From Macrostomum lignano (taxonomy: Eukaryota), in NCBI GenBank assembly GCA_002269645.1, contig NIVC01000309.1, positions 621,281 through 685,280 on the forward strand: 64,000 bases of DNA, read 5' to 3'. Positions 49,760-62,900 of this stretch are shown piece by piece. Within the stretch, counting starts at the first letter, position 1. The number at the start of each line of letters is the position of its first letter. The translations under genes and the position numbers were made by a program. The notes under the pieces are model-generated. The model had not been told where the DNA came from. It ran no database searches and worked only from the letters and a program-made list of their open reading frames with translations.

Positions 49760-50304
49760 CTGAAACGCGGCAGAATAAGCCGCAAGAACTGAGACTGTCC
49801 AACTGTATTTATCAGAGCCTGATGCCAAACTGATGGCAAGCTGCGATAATGAAGCTGAGAGTCTGCAGATAGAAGCATGCATACGCGCAGCGATCGAATG
49901 CAGATCTTCCTTCACTCGGGCTGCTTCCGGTGTCAAACCATTTGCGAATGGATTGTAAAGCTATGTGCATGCACCAGCGAAGTGGACTACAAAGTAGATC
50001 CACAGCAGGGCAATACTGATCAGTCAGTGATACAATATTTAGCCGCAATTAATGCTCAAAATATTTAATCATTTCCAAAGATAAATTTGTAAACTTTATA
50101 TGCCCGCAATTAGAATTAACCCGCAATCTAAGAATTAACAAATTTATGACAATTTTAGATACAGAATGTTAAATTTACCATTTGGCGCACTGAAAACAAT
50201 AACTGGCATGCAAGGCTTGATAGACGGAGGGTCTTTATTCTAATTGAATTTATGCATTCATAACATCGTGAGATTCTGGATTTAGAGCCCTAAGTGCCGC
50301 GGGC

Positions 50305-50610
50305 TGAGGTCAGTAACTGTCTAGAGATTTAGGTCAGTAACTGTCTAGAGATTTAGGTCAGTAACTGTCTAGAGATTTAGGTCAGTAACTGTCTAGAGAT
50401 TTAGGTCAGTAACTGTCTAGAGATTTAGGTCAGTAACTGTCTAGAGATTTTGGTCAGTAACTGTCTAGATGTTTAGGTCAGTAACTGTCTAGAGATTTAG
50501 GTCAGTAACTGTCTAGAGATTTAGGTCAGTAACTGTCTAGATGTTTAGGTCAGTAACTGTTTAGAGATTTAGGTCGGTAACTGTCTAGAGATTTTGGTCA
50601 GTAACTGTGA
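50305..50610 (+). repeat. 24-bp minisatellite (GGTCAGTAACTGTCTAGAGATTTA)n
   Basis: About 12 units; unit starts at 50308 and 50332. Confidence 0.96.
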
Positions 50611-51006
50611 AGATATTTAGTTCATGACTGAATGAAGATCTAGAGATTTGACCCTGAATTTCGACCCAGTCGAAAAGCCGCAATTTTAAATTTTTGAGAA
50701 TTCTGTAAATAATTTTTGAAATAACTGAAATTAATGAGCAGCAAAAGCAATAAATTTATGAGTCCTGACACAGGAGAGCAACTGCTCGTAAACTTTAAAA
50801 CGGACAAAAATAGTTTTTAAGGATTTAGAAAATTTATTATTAACGATATGTAATCAATATTTACAGTTAAAGGTTAGTATACGCTTTAACTAATGAATAG
50901 TAAAAGAATATTATTGTAAGTTACATAGATACTTGGATGCATATATTCACGCACAACGACCAGATATCACAAATAGCTAATAACTATGTTCATCTCTGGG
51001 TGGGCA

Positions 51007-51197
51007 ATGTGCACTCCGCCGCAGGAAAATCCGTGGAAATTCCGTGGGCCCGGGGGTTGAACGGGCGCCTACAAAGTGATTGATTGCATTGAGAACCACG
51101 CCGCAGGGAAAACCGCGGAAATGCCACGGTTCTCTAGCTAGAGTACGTAGCTTAAATGAAGGAATTTCCACGGATTTTCCGGCCGCGGTGTGTACAT
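51007..51197. mobile_element. MITE-like element with about 37-bp imperfect TIRs
   Basis: Perfect 20-bp core GGAAAATCCGTGGAAATTCC / GGAATTTCCACGGATTTTCC; ends TG|CACTCCG.. and ..CGGTGTG|TA suggest a TA TSD with one mutation. Confidence 0.7.
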
Positions 51198-52395
51198 TAT
51201 CCTATAAAACTTATTGATTTGATAAAACACATCACAGCTACAGAAGGGGGCTAAATACACTAGCAGCTACAAATCGATAAAATCCAACAGACACAGCCAG
51301 TGACTCAGTGATAATTGAGACGGAATTTGAGCACATCTAAATTAAACACAATAATTATAGTAACCTTGATAAGGAAGTTATAAACCAATAATTAATAAAT
51401 CTTGACACCAAACAGGTAAACTAGACGTAAAATTTGTATCAACTAAGCAAGCAATAAATATAGAATTAATGCCCAATTTGGATCACAGAAATGATAAAGC
51501 AACCGCACGAAGGTTAAAAGCAGGGGTGGATATCTGCAGAAGCGCTCAAAGACAAAATATCATACATAAGTAAATAAATAAATAAAGGTGAAATGGAATG
51601 CCCGCAAAGGATTGGTTAGAAGAGCACTGCAGATTGATCTGATTATCAACAGATTTTTGTATAAATAAACAAACAAACAAACATTTCATGGACCTGTGAT
51701 TAAAGAAGTAGTGTGTTAGAAAATTCTGCTAACTAAATAAAAACAAGTATACATTATATGCAGACACAGGTAGAAATTTTCGGAACCAAATATGATTTAG
51801 CAAAATCGTATCACAGGTAACTAAAATCAGGGACAGAGCTTGCTGCGACCCGCATTTATAAAAAAACTTAACACGTACTGCTTTGGCAATAAAATAAACT
51901 AATTAGGCAATAAATTCCGAAAATGTTCAATCTGCACTACTCATGTAGCGCAACAAAAAGTAGTAGTATTTACCGATTTACTAGTTAAAAAAATTAGTGC
52001 GATCAGTTAATAAAAAGTGAGTTTTTTCTGTTTAATTAGGGATGTTAAAAAATCGGTTCAATGTCACAAGAAAAAGTCGACAGTGATAAAACTGATGATG
52101 CGGCCGGTTGCTTTCTAAGAAAAAAGTTTGTTTAATCTCTTGGAATGGAGTCGGATTAATATGGCTATACGACTCTGTTATGTCACATTATGCCCAAGAA
52201 TACGAAGATTTCATCGGACGATAGCATTGGAAATAATGTTATGAATAAAAAGTAAAATATTTATACCGTCAATTAAAATGCCACCGGCATTGGTAGAAAG
52301 ATTTCTATTCGCTAAAATTAATCGCAACTTGCAATAGCCAGCAGAATCAGAGATGGATCTATTAACCCATTGTGAACTTTAACAGCTGGTGCTAT

Positions 52396-52447
<52 letters not shown>

Positions 52448-53130
52448 TTTTCAAATAATAATCCGCATATTTCCTGTGTCGTGTCAATCTATTATCTATA
52501 AATCTTTGCAATCTTTTTGTTTGTATAATCTACAAATATCTGACAATCAATTAACCTGCCAATAAATCAACCAAACTACCTGCAAATAAAATTCATCGAT
52601 TTACCTGCCTATCAATCAATCTATTTGCCAATAAATTAATCAATTTAACTGCCAATCAACCAATCAATCAAGTAATCGATTTACCTGCCAATCAATAAAT
52701 CGATCTACCTGCCAATCAATAAATCGATCTACCTGCCAATCAATAAATCAATCAATCTACAAGCCTATACATCAATGAATCTAGCTGTCTATCAATAAAT
52801 CAATCAATCTACCAGCCTATAAATCAATCAATCTACCTGTCGATCAATAAATCAATCAATCTACCTGTCGATCAATAAATCAATCAATCTACCTGTCGAT
52901 CAATAAATCAATCAATCTACCGGCCTGCCTATCAATCAATCAATTAGTCAAACAGTCGATCAATCAATAAATCAATAAATCAATCTACCTGCCAATATAT
53001 CAATCAATCAATCAATCTACCTGCCAATAAATAAATCAATCAATAAATCAATCTACCTACATACAAACACATACATAAACCTAACAAGGACCCAGTAGAC
53101 AATAAATTATCTATCAATAGATCTATCTAA
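52396..53130 (+). repeat. (AAT)n, then degenerate ATCAATCAATCTACCTGCC repeats
   Basis: (AAT)n about 52396-52447; ATCA-rich repeats about 52560-53130. Confidence 0.85.
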
Positions 53131-53156
53131 TCCAGTTGACAAAGCAACACTCCCAG

Positions 53157-56100
53157 TCAGACACCCCGATGATCGAATGCCCGGTTCAAGTAGCCCGACC
53201 GCTGATGCTGGTGTTGGTCGAACTCGCCTCGATGCAGGCCGCCCTGCTGCCAATAATAATAATTATCGCTGCCGGAAAAGTGCACCCGGTCCAGCTCAGA
53301 GCCCTGATGCCGCGTGACCTGTCTCGAACCGTTTTGAGGCCCCGTTGGCAGACCAGCAGTCGTTGCCGAGGTTGTTGTCATGGCAACGGCGTCCGTCTGC
53401 TCCTGTTAATTTTGTTTAAATTATGTGTCAAACTTATTTAAAAAAGTTAAAAAAGTTAAAAAGTTAAAAAAGTTGTGCATAAAATCTGGTTATTAGTATT
53501 TGATAAATTTTTGCTTCAAAAGCGATAATTTCAATAAGATCTCTGGCAGATTACTGATTTAACTATTATTTAAAGTAGCAAAACGAATTTTAACCTCAAA
53601 TTTCTGTCGGCCTTTCATCAAGCTGAAGTGGGTGCTGGAATTTTAAATTTATGATGAATTTTTATTTTGGCTTGTTTCTTGCTGAGTTCAAATGAGCATT
53701 TTGGGAGGCAAACGGGTTTTGTAAGGCACTTGTTTGAGATGGCGCGCTAAGAGACTGCGGGCGTAATTTACTAGGGTAGTTTAGGGCGATTTCTATGGTA
53801 GTTTAGGGCGATTTCTAGGGTAGTTTAGGGTGATTCCCTAGGGTACAAGTACTTTAGGGCGATTCCCTAGGGTACATGTACTTTAGGGCGATTCCCTAGG
53901 GTACATGTACTTTAGGGCGATTCCCTAGGGTACATGTACTTTAGGGCGATTCCCTAGGGTACAAGTACTTTAGGGCGATTCCCTAGGGTACATGTACTTT
54001 AGGGCGATTCCCTAGGGTACATGTACTTTAGGGCGATTCCCTAGGGTACATGTACTTTAGGGCGATTCGTTAGGGACGAGTTTATGACGATTTTCTATGG
54101 TAGTTTAGGGCGCTTTTCTAAGGTGGTTTAAGGCCGATTTTTAAGGTAGTTTATTGGGTATCTATTCTCAAATGTACAGCTAATTACATGTAGATATTCA
54201 AGCAATTCAATCATATGTTAGAAATTTTGTACTTTGTACTTTTCACGCAACCGCAAACTTTGGCCCAATCTGTGCAATTTAAACTGCCGAATTTCTGCTA
54301 AGAAAAATTCTAAATTCATCAACAAATGCATTGAGATTATAAATTAGCAATTTGGGAAATTTTTCGCTAAACGCGCCTTACTGATGCAAACTACTGTTAG
54401 TAGGTGAAATGCAAATAGTCGCACTAATTTATGCTTTCTTAACAGTGCAACAGCACGGGCTCCTCTTCAATAGAGTTGCCTCGGCCATAAATTATGCCAG
54501 ACTCTGAACTGGCAGCTTCATCAATATCCCAGCTTTTCTGTTGCCGCTGCGAGTGACTCTGCTGATGCATTGAATTTGCATAGTAATAAAATTATTAGTG
54601 TTAACATAATTAGGAATACAATCAGTTTTTAATACCACAGAACTACTCCATTCGTTTCTTAGAAAATCTTTACATTATTAATTATCATGATGGTATTAAA
54701 TATACTCACAAAACTTTGGCTCTGTGTCCGAAAATTTGAGTTAGAAGCCTTTTAGGATGTTAAAAAAGACATTCAGTAAAATTTAGTAAAGGATTAGTGG
54801 GCTGTCAAAAAAACTTAAGTAGCAGCAAGAGTTTAGTGTATTAAAAATGGCATACAGGTGTACTTTAACGCCAGTATACCTTCGGAATGAATAGCAAAGC
54901 GACTAACGCCGAGGTCAGGGTGGCCAGCGTTGCTATGCTGAAAGCGCGTTGGTTAATAGTGCAGACAATTAACAGGTAAGAGTGGCGCTAGTTAGTGCTA
55001 GTGGGTATGAGAGACACAGAGGGATCTAGACACGAGAGACACCAGGGGGATGTAGACACGAGAGACACCAGGGGGATCTAGACACGAGAGACACCAGGGG
55101 GATCTAGACACGAGAGACACCAGGGGGATGTAGACACGGAAGACACCAGGGGGATCTAGACACGAGAGACACCAGGGGGATCTAGACACGAGAGACACCA
55201 GGGGGATCTAGACACGAGAGACACCAGGGGGATCTAGACACGAGAGACACCAGGGGGATCTAGACACGATAGACACCAGGGGGATCTAGACACGATAGAC
55301 ACCAGGGGGATCTAGACACGAGAGACACCAGGGGGATCTAGACACGAGAGACACCAGGGGCATCTAGACACGGGAGACACCAGGGGGATCTAGACACGAG
55401 AGACACCAGGGGGATCTAGACACGGGAGACACCAGGGGGATCTAGACACGGGAGACACCAGGGGGTTCTAGACACGATAGACACCAGGGGATCTAGAGAC
55501 GGGAGACAGCAGGGGGATCTAGACACGCGAGATACCAGGGGGATCTAGACACGAGAGACGCCCCAGAGTAGTTTTAGAGTGGTTGCAGGTAACACAGGTA
55601 AAATAGGAAAGAAGTTAATCTATACGACTCTAAAATGACGAGATGTCACTGTACAAGTCGCCAAAAAGTTGTCAAAGAGCATTTTTGAGACGTTTTATTG
55701 TCTGCTAGATGGGCCACTCAGGCACATACCTAGTAAAACAGCTTTCTTCTACTTTCAGTTCAGTAGCAATGAAGAATACATAAGCTATTTTAAGATAATA
55801 AAGGCAGCTGAAATGACTTTGATAAGTTTAGAAGCCCAAGCTTAACAGTAGGATGGAAACAACCGAGGAAGTTAATAATAGTTAGGGCGGCAAGGCGGTG
55901 GTAGAGGTTCTGTGTGGATGTGGAGTTTGAGGGTTTAAGCTTGGGAGGGGGTAAGAGCCAATAAATAAAAAATACATTAAAATGCTTCAGTTTAACTTAC
56001 TACTGAACTGAAAGTAGCTTACACGCAAATGTGCTGAGTGGCCCATTTAGTTATTCAAGTGTCTGTGGACACAACAAAATGACTCCGTCGCATTTACAGT

Positions 56101-56601
56101 CGTTTGCGTCATTAAAAAGTCACAAGAGTCGCTAGAGCCACTAGTGAGTCACTAGGGAACCAGCATTCCCACATGAAAAATCCCATCAGCCCAGCATTGC
56201 TACCCATGCGCTAAAAAGCTTACCGGCATGTCAGCCTCGGGCACCTGCAGCTCCTTCATGCTGGCCTTGTTGCGCGAGTCGTGCAGACACTTCAACAGCA
56301 GGTCGGGTGTCAGCGACACGGCAGTCAGTACCAGCATAATCAACCAGCTGACTGGCTGCTTGTTAATATCGAAATACACCCACAGAAAATTATTGAAAGC
56401 GAAAAAATTTACTCCGATTATGTTGTACACGGACATGACTAGGATAAAGCCGACCACGGTGACCACCAGGCCAATAAGGGTCGGCACATTGATGCTGTAC
56501 GTCACCAGCACAAGGCGAAGCGTGACACAGATCATCACGCACTGGACTACTAGGGCGCCGAACTCGAACACGCCGTAGTTGAAGGTGGCGTTGATGCCCA
56601 T
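53157..56601 (-). CDS. 3' end of a P4-type ATPase (phospholipid flippase): last TM exon and C-terminal exon; the 5' part lies beyond the window
   Basis: Exon 56601-56245 (ctcacag| acceptor, |gtgccc donor): FEFGALVVQCVMICVTLRLVLVTYSIN..SWLIMLVLTAVSLTPDLLLK resembles TM8-10 of ATP8/ATP11 ([40 protein letters not shown]). Phase-0 terminal exon 53402-53157. Small exons in between are possible. Confidence 0.75.
53770..54150 (+). repeat. 29-bp intronic minisatellite (TTTAGGGCGATTCCCTAGGGTACATGTAC)n
   Basis: About 8 near-perfect units with degenerate flanks. Confidence 0.93.
55010..55560 (+). repeat. 26-bp intronic minisatellite (GACACGAGAGACACCAGGGGGATCTA)n
   Basis: About 21 units. Confidence 0.96.
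55749..56017. mobile_element. MITE-like element, perfect 18-bp TIR, putative 3-bp TSD CTT
   Basis: CTT|CTACTTTCAGTTCAGTAG ... CTACTGAACTGAAAGTAG|CTT. Confidence 0.65.
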
Positions 56602-56631
56602 CTGTGAGTAAATTGGGTTGGGTTGCGGAGA

Positions 56632-57921
56632 GTCTAGATCCCATTGTGTCTAGATCCCATTGTGTCTAGATCCCATTGTGTCTAGATCCCATTGTGTCTA
56701 GATCCCATTGTGTCTAGATCCCACTGTGTCTAGATCCCACTGTGTCTAGATCCCATTGTGTCTAGATCCCATTGTGTCTAGATCCCATTGTGTCTAGATC
56801 CCACTGTGTCTAGATCCCATTGTGTCAAGATCCCACTGTGTCTAGATCCCATTGTGTCTAGATCCCATTGTGTCTAGATCCCATTGTGTCTAGATCCCAT
56901 TGTGTCTAGATCCCATTGTGTTTAGATCCCATTGTGTCTAGATCCCATTGTGTCTAGATCCCATTGTGTCTAGATCCCATTGTGTCTAGATCCCATTGTG
57001 TCTAGTAGATCCCATTGTGTCTAGATTCCACTGTGTCAAGATCCCACTGTGTCTAGATCCTATTGTGTCTAGATCCCATTGTGTCTAGATCCCATTGTGT
57101 CTAGATCCCATTGTGTCTAGATCCCATTGTGTCTAGATCCCATTGTGTCTAGATCCCACTGTGTCTAGATCCCACTGTGTCTAGATCCCACTGTGTCTAG
57201 ATCCCACTGTGTCTAGATCCCATTGTGTCTAGATCCCATTGTGTCTAGATCCCACTGTGTCTAGATCCCATTGTGTCAAGATCCCACTGTGTCTAGATCC
57301 CATTGTGTCTAGATCCCATTGTGTCTAGATCCCATTGTGTCTAGATCCCACTGTGTCTAGATCCCATTGTGTCTAGATCCTACTGTGTCTAGATCCCATT
57401 GTGTCTAGATCCCATTGTGTCTAGATCCCATTGTGTCTAGATCCCATTGTGTCTAGATCCCATTGTGTCTAGATCCAATTGTGTCTAGATCCAATTGTGT
57501 CTAGATCCAATTGTGTCTAGATCCCATTGTGTCTAGATCCAATTGTGTCTAGATCCCATTGTGTCTAGATCCTACTGTGTCTAGATCCTACTGTGTCTAG
57601 ATCCCACTGTGTCTAGATCCCACTGTGTCTAGATCCCACTGTGTCTAGATCCCATTGTGTCTAGTAGATCCCATTGTGTCTAGATCCCATTGTGTCTAGA
57701 TCCCATTGTGTCTAGATCCAATTGTGTCTAGATCCCATTGTGTCTAGATCCCATTGTGTCTAGATCCAATTGTGTCTAGATCCCATTGTGTCTAGATCCT
57801 ACTGTGTCTAGATCCCACTGTGTCTAGATTCCATTGTGTCTAGATCCCATTGTGTCTAGTAGATCCCATTGTGTCTAGATCCCATTGTGTCTAGATCCAA
57901 TTGTGTCTAGATCCCATTGTG
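56632..57921 (+). repeat. 16-bp minisatellite (GATCCCATTGTGTCTA)n, left part
   Basis: About 80 units; variants ..CACTG.. and ..GTGTCAAGATCCC..; interrupted by the retroelement. Confidence 0.98.
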
Positions 57922-58397
57922 GCCGGGGCTGTTGCCCCCAGGACCCCGGGTCCTGCACGTAATGGCGTGGTGAACTATCTGTGCAGTATGAGACTGGTAT
58001 GGCCTTTATCCCAGCCAGCGATGCTCACACCTGCCTCCCCTGGCGGGCTGATAGCTCAAGAGACTCTGTCTCCTGGTTTTCACCTTGCAAGGCGCACTTC
58101 GAAGGGTACTCGTCCCGTGGGTGTTAAGGCAGGCCCCCTTGGGCCCTGCCGAGCTGATTCGTTGGCGCCGGGTCCTGGTGTGACCATAAACGCACCCTCT
58201 AATGTCCCAGTGTAACTCCGTGCTGATGGACGCTTGGCCAGGGAGTAGTCTGGTCGCTAACGGTTCCCCTTGCGCTTTTGGGTCCCCCCGCAGGGTGGTA
58301 TTTTGCTTTTTGGGGGCCTGCCGCTTGGTTTGGGGTTGCGGCCTTGCGGCTCTTTGCCTGTGTTCTGCAGGAAGTCCCACCTTTTTACTTCCAGCCA

Positions 58398-59917
58398 ATG
58401 GCTTCTAACCGAAGTAACAAACCGGCTGTGGATGACACAGTGCCTCCGGCCTCGGCTGGGGCCGTGGACTCCTCGGCCATACCACCTGCTACCATCGGGG
58501 ACGCCTCGGCGAGACCCGTGGAGCCAACTCTGAGCGGTGCCTCCGAGAAGACACCTGCTACTCCAGCTGCTAAGAAACGCAGCACCACCTCTGGAGCTGC
58601 CCGCCGTCGACTTAACAAGGCGAGGCGGGCCAAGGAGGGCGGAAGCCAAACCGGTGCCAGGGGCCAACGGCCCGCGGCAGCGGAAGCTTCCCAGTCTGGG
58701 GCGGTGGCGGAAGAGGGCCTCGAGCCCACGGAAGCCCCTGCCCAGGATAGGGAGGCCGATGCAGCCGGGAGGGTGGACAGCCCACCTGAAGAAAGCTCCA
58801 CTGACCCCCGGGCCTCCTACGCTGATGCGGCAAAGAGGCAACCGGCGGTTGTCATCCTGGGAAAGGACGCGCGCCTGTCTCCCGATCAGCTGAAGCAGGT
58901 GAGAAGTGCCGTTGATGGCCTCCTGTGGAAGCAAACTCTGAAGGGCACGCCTCTGAACATTCATTCGAATGCGACGAGGGACTCGTGCCTTCTCATTTGG
59001 CCCAGTGATGCTGACTCGGGTCGGCGGCTCCTTGAGCTGCTGCCCGAGCAGAGCTGGGACCTCAACCTAGCCTTCTGCAGAGAGGACGAGCGCCCCCGGA
59101 CCAAGAGGCATCGAATCTGGGTCCCGGCCAGGAGCGTTGTTACCTCTGCTGACGAGCTCCGGAAAGGACTGCTAGCAGTCAACCGGGAGCTTCCCGCCGC
59201 GGGCCTAGTGGTGCATGACACCCTTAAGCGCACCGACGGCACTGGCTTCACAGCCATCCTGGGGCTGTCGGACGCCTGGATGAGGCGTTATCCACACGGC
59301 AGCTTCATCAACGTCGGCCTTTGGAAGCTGCGCATCCGCTCCTACGAGGCCGACCCTCCCGTGGCAGTGAGCAGGGCGGGCGGGATGCGGAGGCGGCCGG
59401 GGCCGAGGCGCAAGCCTCTGCTCAGACTGCCAAAGCAAACCGCCCTGCCCGGCAGCACGGCCGCGCGGGCAAAGCTGAGCGCGCTGCTGAGGGCGGAGGC
59501 GACCGACGCCCGGCGCGCAGCACCAAGCGGCGCGGCCTGTACCAGCGTGCAGCTGAGGCAGTCCGTACCGCCAAAATCTCCCAGCTGAGGCGAGAGGTCG
59601 CCGGGACGCCTAGGCGCACCAGTTCGTCCAGGGAGGGTGGGGACGTCCCAGCTGGGCCCAACCCCTCGGGGCAGGGCCGACTGGAGACGGACCCGCCTGC
59701 CCAGGCGGCTGGCTGCTCCAGGGCATTGGGCCAATCTGAGGCGGAGGACCCCATGGATGGTGGGCAAAGGGCGGCGAACGCTGCCTACTGCCTTCCGGCC
59801 AATCGGGGGCCTTTTGCTGAAGAAGAGCCCATGGACACCGGCGACCCCGACCCGAAGCCGGTGAGCGCCGAGGAGGAGGAGGAACTCCTGGCGGCTGCAA
59901 CATCCGATCTGCAATGA
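58398..59917 (+). CDS. Retroelement ORF1 (gag-like, DUF4780-like), one 1-nt frameshift at about 59358-59360
   Basis: ATG at 58398; SYADAAK and RHRIWVP..L..VNRELP motifs; adding one C joins it to the frame ending in TGA at 59917. Confidence 0.8.
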
Positions 59918-62900
59918 TGCCAGCGACTACCTGGTGTCTGCAGATCAACACCCAGCACTGCGTGGCGGCGTCGGTCAACCTGATGCGCACGGCAGAGCAA
60001 CAGCTTCCGGGCCTGGTCTTCGTACAGGAGCCCTGGATGACTAAAGGTAAGCCAAATAATGTGCCATCTGGCTACCACTGTTTTTGCATGGCGGGCTCTC
60101 AGCCTCGCCCAAGATCTCTGGTCTTTGCTGCAAAAGCTTTTGAGGCATGGATGAGACCTGATCTCTCGACTGGGGACATCTGTGTTGTTCAAATCAATAA
60201 CCTCATTCCCAATAAACCTGTGCTGGTAGCTTCTGCCTATTTCCCGGGCGATGCCCCAGTTGTCTGCGACGCGTTAGTCAACCTTACTGACTATGCTGCG
60301 TCCCATCGGTTCGAGCTGCTCATTGCAGGGGATGTGAACGCACACCACCTGCATTGGGGCAGCAAGAACATCAATAGCAGAGGCGAGGAGCTGCTGGCCT
60401 ATGTCAGCAGCACTAACCTTAACTTCTGTAACGTGGGCAATGCACCAACGTTCAATAATGGGCGGTGGGCCGAAGTCATCGACACCACCATCGCCTCACC
60501 CGGACTGCTTTCCGCAGTTACGGGCTGGCGAGTGTGGGACGAGGACTCGCTCTCGGACCACCGCTTTATCCGCTTTTGCATTGGGCCGACCAAGCAAAAG
60601 CCTAAGGTCACTTGGAGTCGGAACGTCAGGAACACCGATTGGGCCGCCTTTGGCTCGAAGCTGAGCCGCGGCCTTCGGGATCTTGACCCCCCCAGTGACC
60701 TCTCTGACTGCCAGGTGGTGGACGATCTCGCCTCCTCCCTGGGCGGGGCGATCACCACTGCCTTTGAAGCAGCCTGCCCCCTAAAGGCCTATAAAGGCAA
60801 GAAATCTGCTCCCTGGTGGAACCCAGAGCTCGGGGCCCTTCGGCGCCGAGCCAGGACCCTCCAAAGGCGAGCGCTCAAAACCAAAGACCCATCTGACAGA
60901 GAGGCCTATACCCGTGCGATCCACGAGTTTAAGGGCCAAGTCAGAAGGGCCAAGACGGCCAAGTGGCGCCAATATTGCGAAGGGCTTGAGGGCTCTCGCC
61001 CCGTAGCCCGCGTGGTTAAGGCACTCACTAATGACCGTTTTTCTAAACTCTCTGTTGTGAAGAGACCTGACGGCTCGGTCACAGAGAGTTCGGAAGAGAC
61101 TCTAGAGCTCATGCTCAACAGTTTCTTCCCTAAATCTCCGACTCAGCAGGGCCCGCCCGACCACACAGTGGGAAGGCAAGGCCTAGCAAAGTCTATGATC
61201 ACCAAAGACCGCATTATTAGAGCGGCAAGGTCCTTTAACCCGTTCAAGGCGCCTGGGCCCGACGGCATCTACCCAGCGTTCTTGCACGAGGCGGTGAAAA
61301 ACCACCGCTTCCTGGACCTGCTCTGTCGTCTCCTTCGAGCTTGTATGGAGCTGGGCTATGTACCAGTTGCATGGAGAGAGGCCCGGGTGGTCTTTATCCC
61401 CAAGCCTGGAAAGAGCGACTACCAATCGGTGAAGGCCTTCAGGCCTATCAGCCTCACTTCTTTCTGCCTCAAGCTCCTCGAGAGACTGGTGCTTTGGCGC
61501 CTACTTTCGGTCGAGCTGAAGCGCTTCCCACTCTCGCAGAACCAGCACGCCTTCCGCGCGGGCAGGTCAACCGAGAGTGCTCTCCATGTCATTGTTGACT
61601 TCCTGGAGAGGGCCGTTCTTGGCAGCGGCTTTGCCCTCTCGCTTTTCCTGGACATTGAGGGGGCCTTCGACAACGTCATCTTCGAGGCCTTTTGCAGAGC
61701 CCTGGAATCCAGGGCCACGCACCCTCACCTTGTCCGGTGGATCATGTTCATGATCCGAAACCGCACTGTTGTGGCCCACCTGAGCGGCAGCTCTCTTTCG
61801 GTGCCTGTCCTGAAAGGGGGCCCCCAGGGCGGCGTTCTCACCCCCGTTCTCTGGAACATGGTCATGGATGAGTTGCTTTGCAGTGATCTCCACGACCCCA
61901 TTCTCAAGGTGGGCTATGCCGATGATGTGACCGCGATATGCGCGGGCCCCTCGGTTGATACCATCAGAGACCTTCTGCAGGGCTTTCTGGGACGAGCGGA
62001 GCGTTGGGCAGACCAATGTGGCCTTAGACTCTCAGAGTCGAAAACCACAGCAGTCATGTTTACCAACAAACTGCTCTGGACCATTAAGCCCCTCACCCTC
62101 TATGGAAAGAATATTTCCATGGAAAACCAGGTCCGCTGCCTGGGCCTCACTCTGGACCACAGGCTTAACTGGACTCCGCACATTCAAACTAAAGCCAAAA
62201 AAGCCCTGGCTGTACTGGCTCAGATCAGGCGCGCCGTGGGCACCACCTGGGGGCTCACCCCAGGAAGCTGTGGTGGATTTACACTGCCATCATCCGCCCC
62301 TCGATCAGTTACGCCAGCCTCGTGTGGGCTAGCGGCCTGAGCGTCAAGAGCAACCTCGACGCTCTCTACAAAATCCAGGGCAGAGCCTGCCGCATGACTA
62401 TGGGCGCTCCACCCTCTACTCCTTTTGAAGGCATGAATGCCTTCCTCTGTGCCCCTCCTTTGGATATTTATATCAAAGGAGAGGCGGCGAAGAGCACCCG
62501 GCGTCTTCTGGATGCTGGGTGGCCTTCAAGAAAGTGCGGGCCTTTAAGAAGCGGTCGCTTATCCCGCACTCTGACCTCTGCCTCAAGGCTCTCGAGGAGT
62601 GTGGCGGGCTCAACATCCTCACGGACTCGATCCCAGCCACCCTTCTCCTGAGCCAAAGGTATAAGGTCACCATTCAGCCTCGACACGAGGCGAGTGACAG
62701 CTGGAGCGACTCTGAAGTCCACTGTTACACTGACGGCTCTATGAGGCATGGTCTTTCAGGCTTCGGAGCTTGCGTCTTCTTCAAGGGAGAAGTGGTGTGG
62801 AGCTACTCCCAGCACACTGGGCTCAACTCCAGTGTTTTTCAGAGCGAGGTGCTTGCCATCAGCTCCTGCGCGGCAGAGCTGCGCCGAAGGCAGCTTAGCG

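Noticed and set aside
57990-58270. Canonical HDV-like or hammerhead ribozyme match
   Set aside because: GCC-TCCCCT-GGC lacks the conserved loop G and a matching P1; the CTGA motifs are not CTGANGA. Kept only as an open hypothesis.
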